NCBI GenBank assembly: GCA_020853775.1
Contig: JADYYH010000093.1
Coordinates: forward strand, 211 to 64,210
Length of the DNA: 64,000 nt
Direction: 5' to 3'
DNA from: Nitrospira sp.
GTDB lineage: Bacteria > Nitrospirota > Nitrospiria > Nitrospirales > Nitrospiraceae
The translations under genes and the position numbers were made by a program. The notes under the pieces were generated by a model that was given only the letters and a program-made list of their open reading frames with translations, had not been told where the DNA came from and did not search any database. Below, piece by piece: positions 29,835-38,938 of the stretch. Position 1 is the first letter of the stretch, and each line of letters opens with the position of its first letter.

Positions 29835-30052
29835 GCCGTCAGCGTCGGGGAAGATGGTGCAAAACCATCACGGTGCCGCCACTGTAAGCGGGGAGTGACC
29901 CTGCAGGAAGCCACTGTTCGAGGAAGCCGTGAGCCATCAGCAGTCAGCCATCAGCGTGAAGCTGTGTGCTGAAAGCTGAGTGCTGAGAACTTCTTTGGTC
30001 GGGAAGGCGCAGGGGAACGATGAGCCGCAAGTCAGGAGACCCAACTGACGGC
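29835..30052 (+). ncRNA. Cobalamin riboswitch 2
   Basis: GGGGAAGATGGTGCAAAACCATC, GCCGCCACTGTAA, GCCACTG..GGGAAG, AAGTCAGGAGACC; P1 GCCGTCAG/CTGACGGC. TCCCTT/AAGGGA hairpin covers the btuB SD. Confidence 0.92.
29932..29986 (+). repeat. Inverted heptamer-periodic repeat inside riboswitch 2
   Basis: TCAGC at 29937, 29944, 29951 and its complement GCTGA at 29968, 29975, 29982 (7-nt period). Confidence 0.85.
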
Positions 30053-30091
30053 TGTTACGACTGATCCCTTCGAGCGAAAGGGAGTGTCAGT

Positions 30092-32074
30092 ATGTCGACG
30101 ATTGTCAGGGAATGGTCTGTCTATTTCGTGTTGCTGTGTGTCGTAAGTGTCCTGCCTGTCCGTCCGGCAGTGGCCACTGCCGAAGAACTTCCGGAGCCTG
30201 ATGCTGTCGTGCAAGCCGAGGAAGTGGTGGTCTCGGCAACCAAAACCCCGTTGCCGGTCACCCAGGTCACCAGCGCGGTCGAAGTCATTACGGCGCAGGA
30301 CATGAAGCGACAAAATATCCGGAGTGTAGTGGATGCGCTTCGGTTAGCCCAGGGTGTGGCGGTGTTTTCAAACGGCGGGCCCGGCACAGAGGTCACGGCC
30401 AAGATTCGAGGAGGCAGTGCGAATCAGACCCTGGTCCTGATCGACGGCGCGATCGTCAACAGCGGCACCGTCGGCAGTTACAACTTTGCCAACCTGACGA
30501 CCGACAATATCGAGCGAGTGGAGATTCTCCGCGGCTCGCAGAGCATGCTGTGGGGATCCGACGCCATGGGCGGTGTCATCAACATCGTGACGAAGAAGGG
30601 GCAGGGACCGCTCTCCGCCACCGGCTTTATGGAATACGGGTCCTTCGCCTCCCTGCGTGAAGGGGGCACGGTGTCGGGAAAGCAAGGGGCGGTGGATTAC
30701 AGTCTCTCGCTGTCCCGCTGGGACACCTCTAGTTTTTCGGCCGTTAACTACCGGCGTGGCGCAACGGAGCGGGATTCGTACCGGAATTGGCAGGGCTCGG
30801 GCCGGATCGGCGTCGATCTTCCGCATGACGGTAGGCTCGACTTGACGATGCGTTGGATGAATTCCGATGTTCAACTCGATAGTGTGTCGGCGACTTCTCC
30901 CAGCGATGTCTATGGGTCAAAAAATCGGAGTCAGGAATATGTGGTTGGCGGTACCTATGAGCAGCCGATCACGAACTGGTGGTCCCAGAAGTTGACGCTC
31001 GCGCGGGCGCAGGAGGCCTCGCAGTTTTTATCGGGGACCTTGCAACGCAGCCTGATCACAGGGGCGTTCAGCACGCCGTTCGACTCTTCCAATGAAATTC
31101 GCGTCCTCTCTAATCGGCTGGAGTGGCAGAACAATTTTCAAGTCACAAAGCTGTTGCTGCTGAGTGCCGGGTATCAATTCCGCGAACAACAGGGTGAGAA
31201 TGATACGGGGCTCACCAATAGGATTCTCAGCTCCCACGCCGGCTTTGCGCAGGCCCAATTCAACTTGTGGGATCGAGTGTTTGCGACCGCTGGCGTCCGT
31301 CATGATCGTTACAACGTCTTCGGCGATGCCACGACCTATCGCCTCACCGGCGGGTACTACCACAAAGAAACCGACACCAAGCTCCGCGCCGGATATTCCA
31401 CCGGCTTTCGAGCGCCAAGTATGAACGAACTGTATTTCCCTAATTTCGGCAATTCCCAATTGGGACCGGAAAAGAGTCAAAGCATGGACGTGGGGATCGA
31501 CCAGTATTTCTTCTCCAAGCAGCTGAAGTTCACGGGAGGGTTTTTCTGGAACCGCTACCGGAATTTGATCACGACCACGTTCGATCCGGTCTTTTGCGCG
31601 CCGTTCAGTACGTTCGGGTTCTGCCCGCAGCAGCTCGGTGAAGCCTCGACCAAGGGCTGGGAAGCCGGGCTGACCTATACCTATTCCAGCGACCGGCCAT
31701 TCCTCAAGGGAGTCGTAGTGCAGGCGAACTACACGAACACCATCACCCGCGATTTAGTCACCCAGACCCGCCTCCCGCGATGGCCGACCGACCAGTGGAG
31801 TGCCTCCGTCAGTTACCAGCCTATTGACCCGTTATGGATCACCTTGATCGGTCGCTACGCCGGTTCGCGCTTCAATACGACCGGGGACCGGCAACCTCTG
31901 CCGGCTTTCGATGTGTGGTCGTTGGCGGTTACCTACGATGTCACGAAGCAGCTACAGGCGTATCTCAGGGCCGAGAATCTGTTCAATGAGAAGTATGAAG
32001 AAATTGCCAGCGCCGGCACGCCAATTCGGTCGATTTTTGGTGGCGTGCGGGTCTCGTTCGGTGGGAAGTCATGA
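30092..32074 (+). CDS. btuB: TonB-dependent cobalamin receptor
   Basis: Signal peptide, EEVVVSATK, IRGG..LVLIDG, IERVEILRGSQSMLWGSDAMGGVINIVT, ENLFNEKY. Confidence 0.92.
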   Translation: MSTIVREWSVYFVLLCVVSVLPVRPAVATAEELPEPDAVVQAEEVVVSATKTPLPVTQVTSAVEVITAQDMKRQNIRSVVDALRLAQGVAVFSNGGPGTEVTAKIRGGSANQTLVLIDGAIVNSGTVGSYNFANLTTDNIERVEILRGSQSMLWGSDAMGGVINIVTKKGQGPLSATGFMEYGSFASLREGGTVSGKQGAVDYSLSLSRWDTSSFSAVNYRRGATERDSYRNWQGSGRIGVDLPHDGRLDLTMRWMNSDVQLDSVSATSPSDVYGSKNRSQEYVVGGTYEQPITNWWSQKLTLARAQEASQFLSGTLQRSLITGAFSTPFDSSNEIRVLSNRLEWQNNFQVTKLLLLSAGYQFREQQGENDTGLTNRILSSHAGFAQAQFNLWDRVFATAGVRHDRYNVFGDATTYRLTGGYYHKETDTKLRAGYSTGFRAPSMNELYFPNFGNSQLGPEKSQSMDVGIDQYFFSKQLKFTGGFFWNRYRNLITTTFDPVFCAPFSTFGFCPQQLGEASTKGWEAGLTYTYSSDRPFLKGVVVQANYTNTITRDLVTQTRLPRWPTDQWSASVSYQPIDPLWITLIGRYAGSRFNTTGDRQPLPAFDVWSLAVTYDVTKQLQAYLRAENLFNEKYEEIASAGTPIRSIFGGVRVSFGGKS

Positions 32075-32098
32075 GCAAGAGATGAGAGCCAGAGCCTG

Positions 32099-33496
32099 AT
32101 GCCACGTCCGCGTCTGGTCATCGCCGGCACCCACAGTGGTGCCGGCAAAACCACAGTCACTCTGGCGCTCATGGCCGCATTGAAAGCCAAAGGGATGGTG
32201 GTGCAACCGTTCAAGGCCGGGCCGGACTTCATCGATCCCGGCCATCACCAGGCGGTGACCGGACGGCCTTCGCGAAACCTGGATGGGTGGATATTAGGGG
32301 CGGCCGCCAACCATGCCATCTTTGCGCGCGCCTCGGCCGATGCGGACCTGTCGATCATCGAAGGCATGATGGGGTTATTTGACGGCAGCTCAGCGGTACA
32401 TGAGCAGGGGAGTACGGCGGAACTGGCGAAGCAACTCAACGCGCCGGTGCTGCTGGTGATCGACGGGAGCGCCATGGCGCGATCGGCCGCAGCCATGGCA
32501 TCGGGGTATGCGACATTCGACCCGGCCGTTCAGGTTCGCGGAGTCCTGTTTAATCGCGTGCGGAGTGAAGGCCACTATCAGTTATTGCGAGAGGCGGTGG
32601 AGGCGGAAACGGACTTGACGGTTGTGGGGTATTTGCAGCCGGATGCTTCGGTGACGATCCAGGATCGCCATCTCGGGCTGAGGACCGCCATCGAGCAGCG
32701 GCACGGTGACCTGTATGACCGGTTGGCGCGATCCGCGGCCTCAACAATCGATTTGGATCGAGTCGAGATTCTGGCTCGTTCCGCCGGCGAATTTCCGGAG
32801 GAAGATCTGCCGATCACGAGAGCGGCGGCAGGGCTAGCACCGGTCCGGGTCGGTGTGGCCTACGATGCGGCCTTTTGTTTTTACTATCAGGATAATCTGG
32901 AGTTGCTTGAATCGGCGGGCGCGGAGATCGTAAGGTTTTCGCCCTTGCACGATGACAAGTTGCCTGATGTGGACCTGCTGTATTTCGGCGGAGGTTACCC
33001 CGAACTGTACGGCGAGACATTGGCAGCCAATATGTCCATGCGTTCGGCCGTACGGACATTTGCCCGTCGTGGTGGGGCGGTGTATGCCGAATGTGGCGGG
33101 CTGATGTACTTGACGGACGCCATTCGCGACGGGGAAGGCAGGCGACATGAAATGGTCGGGGTGTTTCCGGCGGATGCGGTCATGCGGAAAAACGGAATGA
33201 CGTTAGGTTATCGAACCGTGGAGATCGCTGAATCCTGCATGCTGGGCGGAGCCGGGACAGTGGTGCGCGGGCATGAGTTTCACTATTCGATGCTCGAACC
33301 AACCGGCGAACTCCGTCATGCCTGTACCCTGTCGGATGCAGCGGGGAAACCCGTCGGGCAGGACGGGTTGACGACGGGGAATACCCTCGCGTTGTATAGC
33401 CATTTGCACTTCGGCAGTCATCCGGCTGTCGTGGCTGATCTATTGAGGACTGCTTATCGACAGCGGGGGGCGCAGGCCTCTGTCACAGAGGGATGA
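32099..33496 (+). CDS. cbiA: Cobyrinate a,c-diamide synthase
   Basis: SGAGKTT, FKAGPDFIDP, IIEGMMGLFDG, GGYPE, AECGGLMYL. Confidence 0.95.
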   Translation: MPRPRLVIAGTHSGAGKTTVTLALMAALKAKGMVVQPFKAGPDFIDPGHHQAVTGRPSRNLDGWILGAAANHAIFARASADADLSIIEGMMGLFDGSSAVHEQGSTAELAKQLNAPVLLVIDGSAMARSAAAMASGYATFDPAVQVRGVLFNRVRSEGHYQLLREAVEAETDLTVVGYLQPDASVTIQDRHLGLRTAIEQRHGDLYDRLARSAASTIDLDRVEILARSAGEFPEEDLPITRAAAGLAPVRVGVAYDAAFCFYYQDNLELLESAGAEIVRFSPLHDDKLPDVDLLYFGGGYPELYGETLAANMSMRSAVRTFARRGGAVYAECGGLMYLTDAIRDGEGRRHEMVGVFPADAVMRKNGMTLGYRTVEIAESCMLGGAGTVVRGHEFHYSMLEPTGELRHACTLSDAAGKPVGQDGLTTGNTLALYSHLHFGSHPAVVADLLRTAYRQRGAQASVTEG

Positions 33497-33497
33497 G

Positions 33498-34097
33498 ATG
33501 GCGGAACAGGACGACTATACGGCGAAGATGCAACGCGTGAAGGCCTCCGTGGATCGGCGGATCGAAGCGGCTCAGGACGAGAAGGGCCTGCTGATCGTCT
33601 ACACCGGCGCGGGTAAGGGAAAAACGACCGCGGCCCTCGGCATGGCGATTCGTTGCCTCGGCCATGGTATGAAGGTGGCCATCGTGCAATTCATCAAGGG
33701 GGCGATCGACACGGCAGAGGAGCGCATCCTGAAATCGTTCGACGACCGCGTGACGTTTCTCCGTATGGGTGAAGGGTATACCTGGGAGACGCAGGATCGG
33801 GAGCGCGATACGAGCCATGCGCAGGCGGCCTGGGCCAAGGCCTGCGAGTTCATGCGCGATCCATCCTATGCGATGGTGATCCTGGATGAATTCAATATTG
33901 CGCTGCACCACCAGTACGTCGAGGTGGCGGAGGTGTTGCCCCTCCTGCGGGCACGTCCGTTGATGCAGCATGTGGTCATCACCGGTCGCGGGGCTCCGGA
34001 GGAACTGATCGACGCGGCCGATCTGGTGACCGAGATGAAGCAGGTCAAACATCCCTTTCGAAAAGGCATCAAAGCACAAGCGGGGGTGGAGTTTTGA
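33498..34097 (+). CDS. cobO: Corrinoid adenosyltransferase, CobO/BtuR type
   Basis: YTGAGKGKTTAALG, QFIKG, LDEFN, ITGR, VKHPF..AQAGVEF. Confidence 0.96.
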   Translation: MAEQDDYTAKMQRVKASVDRRIEAAQDEKGLLIVYTGAGKGKTTAALGMAIRCLGHGMKVAIVQFIKGAIDTAEERILKSFDDRVTFLRMGEGYTWETQDRERDTSHAQAAWAKACEFMRDPSYAMVILDEFNIALHHQYVEVAEVLPLLRARPLMQHVVITGRGAPEELIDAADLVTEMKQVKHPFRKGIKAQAGVEF

Positions 34098-34105
34098 GAG
34101 GATCG

Positions 34106-34309
34106 GTGAGCAAGACCTGCGAGCATTGCCGTCAGCCGTTCGAGTGCGTCGGGTATCAATGCTGGTGCGGAAAGATCGGGATTACCGAAGCCCAGATGGA
34201 CTGGATTGCGGCGCGGTATCAGGATTGTCTGTGCCCCGCCTGCCTTCAACAGGTGGCGGACGGTCTGTTGGGGCCGGACGCATCACGGGGTGACCATCAT
34301 GACGGATGA
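34106..34309 (+). CDS. Small cysteine-rich CWC-family protein
   Basis: CEHC..FEC....CWC....DCLCPACL. Confidence 0.85.
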   Translation: MSKTCEHCRQPFECVGYQCWCGKIGITEAQMDWIAARYQDCLCPACLQQVADGLLGPDASRGDHHDG

Positions 34310-34994
34310 GGAGCGGGAGCAACGGCTGGCCCTCGAGGGGCGAGCACAATTTTCTTCCGTCGAGCGCGAGGCGGTCTATCGTGCGATCTTCGAGCGTCGG
34401 GATGTGCGTCGTAATTTTCTGCAGATGCCGATTGCTGACGAGGTGCTCGCGCGGTTGTTGAATGCCGCCCACCATGCCGGATCGGTCGGATTCATGCAGC
34501 CCTGGGATTTCGTCGTTGTTCGTGGGGCTGAGACGAAGCGTGCCGTCAAGCGGCTCTTTCAGCACACGAACGAGGCGGCGAGCCGGCGGTACAAGAAGCC
34601 CCGCGCGGAACTCTATCGCAGCCTCAAGCTTGAGGGCATCGAAGAATCGACGATCAATCTCTGTGTGACCTGCACCAGGCAGCGAGGAGGGCCTCATGTC
34701 CTCGGCCGCTCGACGGTTCGTGATACCGATTTGTACAGTACGTGCTGTGCCATTCAGAACCTCTGGTTGGCGGCACGGGCCGAAGGGATCGGGGTCGGAT
34801 GGGTGAGTATCCTGAATCACGCCGCGTTGAAACGGGTACTCGGTATTCCGAAGCCGGTCAAGGTGTTGGCCTATCTCTGTCTCGGGTACGTGTCGGAGTT
34901 TGCGGTCCGGCCGGATCTTGAAACAGCTGGCTGGCGGGCCAGGCTTCCGGTGCAGGAACTGGTGCATTATGAGACATGGGGGAACAGGCTGTAG
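34299..34994 (+). CDS. bluB: 5,6-dimethylbenzimidazole synthase
   Basis: RRDVR, SVGFMQPW, DLYSTCCAIQNLWLAARAEGIGVGWVSI. Confidence 0.95.
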   Translation: MTDEEREQRLALEGRAQFSSVEREAVYRAIFERRDVRRNFLQMPIADEVLARLLNAAHHAGSVGFMQPWDFVVVRGAETKRAVKRLFQHTNEAASRRYKKPRAELYRSLKLEGIEESTINLCVTCTRQRGGPHVLGRSTVRDTDLYSTCCAIQNLWLAARAEGIGVGWVSILNHAALKRVLGIPKPVKVLAYLCLGYVSEFAVRPDLETAGWRARLPVQELVHYETWGNRL

Positions 34995-35014
34995 GGCAAC
35001 GAAAGGAACCGGGC

Positions 35015-35611
35015 ATGCGAATCACCAAGGTGTATACACGAACCGGCGATGCGGGCCAAACGAGGCTTGCGGGGGGACAGCAGGTGTGGAAGGACTGCCT
35101 GCGAGTCGAAGCCTACGGCACCGTCGATGAGCTGAATGCATCCGTGGGATTAGTGCGGGCGATGAATGCCGAGGGCGGAAACACGTCTCCCGCCTCAACA
35201 CAACTCGAGGCCGACCTGCGCTGGATTCAAAACAAGTTGTTCGATGTCGGGAGTTTGCTTGCCACCGCGCCGGGCCAGAGCTTTCCCAACATGCCGAAAG
35301 TAACTGAGGATGACGTGACCAGGCTCGAGCAGATGATCGATCGCTGTCAGGAAGATCTGGCGCCGTTGAAAGAATTTATTCTTCCGGGAGGGGGCAAGGT
35401 TTCAGCGACGCTGCATCAAGCGCGAACGATCTGCCGGCGGGCCGAACGCGACTGCATCCGGCTGAGCCGTGAAGAACCGGTGTCGGCGGAGCTCAACAAG
35501 TACCTCAATCGGCTGAGCGATGCCTTGTTTGTCATGGCGCGCTGGGTGGCCAAGACCCAGGGGGAGCCGGAGTTTTTGTGGCAGCGTGAATCTGATGCCT
35601 CGGGCAAGTAA
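35015..35611 (+). CDS. pduO: Cob(I)alamin adenosyltransferase, PduO type
   Basis: KVYTRTGDAGQT, RVEAYGTVDELN, RTICRRAER, YLNRLSDALF. Confidence 0.93.
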   Translation: MRITKVYTRTGDAGQTRLAGGQQVWKDCLRVEAYGTVDELNASVGLVRAMNAEGGNTSPASTQLEADLRWIQNKLFDVGSLLATAPGQSFPNMPKVTEDDVTRLEQMIDRCQEDLAPLKEFILPGGGKVSATLHQARTICRRAERDCIRLSREEPVSAELNKYLNRLSDALFVMARWVAKTQGEPEFLWQRESDASGK

Positions 35612-36152
35612 AGCGACAAGGCAGCCGCGCCGTTCACAGTCCCGTCTCATCCTGGTACTGGGAGGAGCCTCCTCAGGGAAAAGCCAGGCGGCATTGGAGC
35701 AGGCGGGCAGCCGGGCCCCGAAGGCCTTCGTCGCGACAGGGCAGGGGCTGGATAAGGAAATGCAGGCGCGTATCGCGCGCCACCGTGCGACGCGTTCGGC
35801 CGATTGGGTCACGGCGGAGGTGCCGCGTGCTCTGGCAGTCTGGTTTCAATCGGAGGGCTCTGGCTATCGCACCATCGTCGTCGATTGCCTGACGCTCTGG
35901 TTGAGCAATGTCTGTGGACGCCGTATTGCCGGCACGGACGTGAGTGCCCTGGTCGAGGAGCTCGTGTACGCCATTCGCCGCATTCCGGCGCGGGTCGTGC
36001 TGGTGAGCAACGAATTGGGATTCGGCCTGGTGCCGACCAGTCGCAGCGCGCGCGCCTTCCGCGATGTTGCCGGACGGGTCAACCAGCAGATCGCCGCAGC
36101 GGCCGACGAAGTGTATTTCGTCATCAGCGGCCAGTCGCTCAAGATCAAATAG
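35595..36152 (+). CDS. cobU: Adenosylcobinamide kinase / phosphate guanylyltransferase
   Basis: LGGASSGKS, EMQARIARHR, VDCLTLWLSN, VSNELGFG, FRDVAGRVNQ. Confidence 0.95.
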   Translation: MPRASKATRQPRRSQSRLILVLGGASSGKSQAALEQAGSRAPKAFVATGQGLDKEMQARIARHRATRSADWVTAEVPRALAVWFQSEGSGYRTIVVDCLTLWLSNVCGRRIAGTDVSALVEELVYAIRRIPARVVLVSNELGFGLVPTSRSARAFRDVAGRVNQQIAAAADEVYFVISGQSLKIK

Positions 36153-36166
36153 GAGAGGGAGATACG

Positions 36167-37219
36167 ATGACGCTCGATGAGGTGGTCGGCCGGATTCATC
36201 CCGTGGATCGTGACAGTGCGGTGAACGCTCAGGGGCGCCTCGATCGACTCACGAAGCCGCTGGACAGTCTCGGGCGGCTGGAGGGGCTGGCCGTCCACTA
36301 CGCCATGATCACGGGCGAGGTGAAGCCCAATGTGCCGCGCGGGGTCGTGTTCACGTTTGCGGCCGATCATGGCGTGGCGAGTGAAGGCGTGAGCGCCTAC
36401 CCCAGTGAAGTCACGCCGCAGATGGTCTTGAATTTCCTCCGGGGCGGAGCCGGGGTGAATGTGCTGGCGCGCCATACGGGAGTCGAGGTTCGGGTGGTGG
36501 ACATCGGTGTGGCCTACGACTTCGGATCAGTGTCGGGACTCATTCAAAAGAAGATCATGCATGGGACCAACAATCTGTTGCGCGAACCGGCGATGACCCG
36601 CGCGCAGGCCGCGCACGCATTGCAGGTGGGAATCGATCTGGCGACGGATGCTGCGCGTGAGGGCATCGGTCTGATCGGCACAGGCGAGATGGGCATCGGC
36701 AACACCACTCCAAGCGCGGCGATTACGGCCATCATGACCGGTCGGCCGGTGGCGGAGGTGACCGGTCGTGGAACCGGCATCGACGAAGCCGGGCATGCCC
36801 GAAAGGTCTCGGTCATTCAGCAGGCGCTGGAGCGGCATCGCCCTGATCCTGCCGATGCGCTCGATGTGCTGGCCAAGGTGGGGGGCTTGGAAATCGCCGG
36901 GCTGGCCGGCCTTATGCTTGGCGCGGCAGCGGCACGCGTGCCGGTGGTGTTGGATGGATTTATTGCCGGCGCCGCGGCATTGATTGCCGTAGCATTGCAA
37001 CCGTTGTGTCGCGACTACTTGATTGCGTCGCACCGGTCGGTTGAACGGGGTCATCAGGCGATCCTGGAATGGTTGGCGCTGAAACCGCTGCTCGATCTGG
37101 ATCTCCGGCTGGGCGAAGGCACGGGGGCCTGTCTCGGGATGGGGCTCGTGCAAGCCTCCATCAAGATTCTCACTGAAATGGCGACCTTCGATGAAGCCGG
37201 TGTGACGGAACGTGACTGA
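36167..37219 (+). CDS. cobT: Nicotinate-nucleotide-DMB phosphoribosyltransferase
   Basis: LTKPLDSLGRLE, ADHGVA, GEMGIGNTT, GGLEIA, LRLGEGTGA. SD before ATG 36167. Confidence 0.96.
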   Translation: MTLDEVVGRIHPVDRDSAVNAQGRLDRLTKPLDSLGRLEGLAVHYAMITGEVKPNVPRGVVFTFAADHGVASEGVSAYPSEVTPQMVLNFLRGGAGVNVLARHTGVEVRVVDIGVAYDFGSVSGLIQKKIMHGTNNLLREPAMTRAQAAHALQVGIDLATDAAREGIGLIGTGEMGIGNTTPSAAITAIMTGRPVAEVTGRGTGIDEAGHARKVSVIQQALERHRPDPADALDVLAKVGGLEIAGLAGLMLGAAAARVPVVLDGFIAGAAALIAVALQPLCRDYLIASHRSVERGHQAILEWLALKPLLDLDLRLGEGTGACLGMGLVQASIKILTEMATFDEAGVTERD

Positions 37220-37985
37220 GGTTGCCGCCATGACCAGACCGTTTGTGTTTGCCTGGCACTTCCTGACCGCGATCCCGATCAGCCGACGTCACCATGCGCC
37301 CACCGCTCATGAGTTGGCGGCCTCGATGGCTTGGTATTCCACCGTCGGCCTCCTGATCGGCGGGCTGGTTGTATTGGCCGACGTTGGCTTGCGTGCGTGG
37401 GTGGCAGCCGAGGTCGGCAATGCGTTGCTGATCGTGCTTCTCGTGCTGCTGACGCGCGGGTTGCATCAGGATGGGTTGGCCGACACGGTCGATGGATTGG
37501 CCGGCGGCCGGACCGTTGAGGATCGTTTGCGGATCATGCGCGACCCGCGAGTCGGTGCCTTCGGCGCGACGGCCCTGTTTCTCTCTCTATTGCTGCGCTA
37601 TGCGGGATTACTGGCTCTGCCTTCACCGATGCGACTGCCGGTGCTGTTGTGCATGCCGGCGCTTGGTCGCTGGGCCATGGTCAGCCTCGCATGGGCTTCT
37701 CCCTCAGCAAGACGAGATGGCGGATTGGCTGCCTCGTTTCTCACTCACCTGTCCTGGCAACATGTCACCCTTTCGAGCCTCGTGTTGGCCGTTGCCTTGA
37801 CGATGGCCTTGGGCGAAGGTGCGGCGGTCGCGACCATGGGTGTGGCGATTGTGCTGTTGGTCCTCATCAGACAACGGTGCCTGACCCTGCTTGGCGGCAT
37901 AACGGGGGATGTCCTCGGAGCCACCAATGAGGTGGTCGAGATTTTGTTTCTCTTGTCGATTCCGGCGTTGGTGATGGCCCGATGA
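37212..37985 (+). CDS. cobS: Cobamide 5'-phosphate synthase
   Basis: LHQDGLADTVDG, IMRDPRVGAFG, GGITGDVLGA. Start may be ATG 37230. Confidence 0.94.
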   Translation: MTEVAAMTRPFVFAWHFLTAIPISRRHHAPTAHELAASMAWYSTVGLLIGGLVVLADVGLRAWVAAEVGNALLIVLLVLLTRGLHQDGLADTVDGLAGGRTVEDRLRIMRDPRVGAFGATALFLSLLLRYAGLLALPSPMRLPVLLCMPALGRWAMVSLAWASPSARRDGGLAASFLTHLSWQHVTLSSLVLAVALTMALGEGAAVATMGVAIVLLVLIRQRCLTLLGGITGDVLGATNEVVEILFLLSIPALVMAR

Positions 37986-38938
37986 CCGGTGTGGAATTAG
38001 CGCTTGCCGCGGTGCTGGATGTCGCGGCGGGGGATCCACGCTGGTTACCCCATCCGGTCAGGGGCATGGGGACCGTCATCGCCTGGGTCGATCATCGCAT
38101 CAGACAGCTCTTTCATAGTGATCAGGCGCTCCAATTTGCCGGAGCCTTCCTGGCGCTGGGTTTGCCGGCGGCCGTGTATGCCGCTGCCACCTGGGTGATC
38201 GCGCAGGCGACCGCGATCGAGCCTTTGCTCGGACAAATGGTCGGCATCGGTTTGGCGTATACAACTCTGGCAGGACGTGATTTGTTTGATCATGTGCAGG
38301 CGGTGTCCCGTGCATTGGCTGCAGGTGACCTGACCGGTGCCCGTGAAGCCGTGGCGATGATCGTGGGCCGCGACAGTGCCGGGTTGAAGGAACAGGACAT
38401 CGCCCGCGCGACGGTGGAAACCATCGCCGAAAGCACGTCCGATGGCATCATTGCGCCGTTGGTGTATCTCTCCCTGGGCGGGGCACCGCTCGCGCTGGCG
38501 TATAAGGCGGTCAACACGCTGGACTCGATGATCGGTCATCGCGACGAACGTTACGAACACGTTGGCTGGGCTTCCGCCAGGCTGGATGATCTGATGAACT
38601 GGGTGCCGGCACGATTGGCCGGCGGCTTCATTGCGCTGGCTGCAGGTCTCTCGGCCGGCCAGTGGCATCGCATCCACGAGAGTTGGTACATGCTCCACCG
38701 GGACGGAGACAAACATGCGAGCCCAAACAGCGGGCGGCCGGAAGCGGCCATGGCCGGCGCCTTGGGCGTGCAACTCGGCGGAACAAATTATTATGACGGC
38801 GTGCCGCACGAGGCTCCGCTCATCGGTGACGGCACCGCCGAGATCACTCCGGAGCATATCGGTCAGGCGTCCCGGATTATGATCGTCAGCTATGGCTTGG
38901 GGCTGTTCTTCGCGTTGCTGTCGCTATGGGTATCATGA
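37982..38938 (+). CDS. cbiB: Adenosylcobinamide-phosphate synthase
   Basis: GDPRWLPHPV, IVGRD, ETIAESTSDG, YKAVNTLDSMIG, SPNSGRPEAA. Confidence 0.95.
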   Translation: MTGVELALAAVLDVAAGDPRWLPHPVRGMGTVIAWVDHRIRQLFHSDQALQFAGAFLALGLPAAVYAAATWVIAQATAIEPLLGQMVGIGLAYTTLAGRDLFDHVQAVSRALAAGDLTGAREAVAMIVGRDSAGLKEQDIARATVETIAESTSDGIIAPLVYLSLGGAPLALAYKAVNTLDSMIGHRDERYEHVGWASARLDDLMNWVPARLAGGFIALAAGLSAGQWHRIHESWYMLHRDGDKHASPNSGRPEAAMAGALGVQLGGTNYYDGVPHEAPLIGDGTAEITPEHIGQASRIMIVSYGLGLFFALLSLWVS

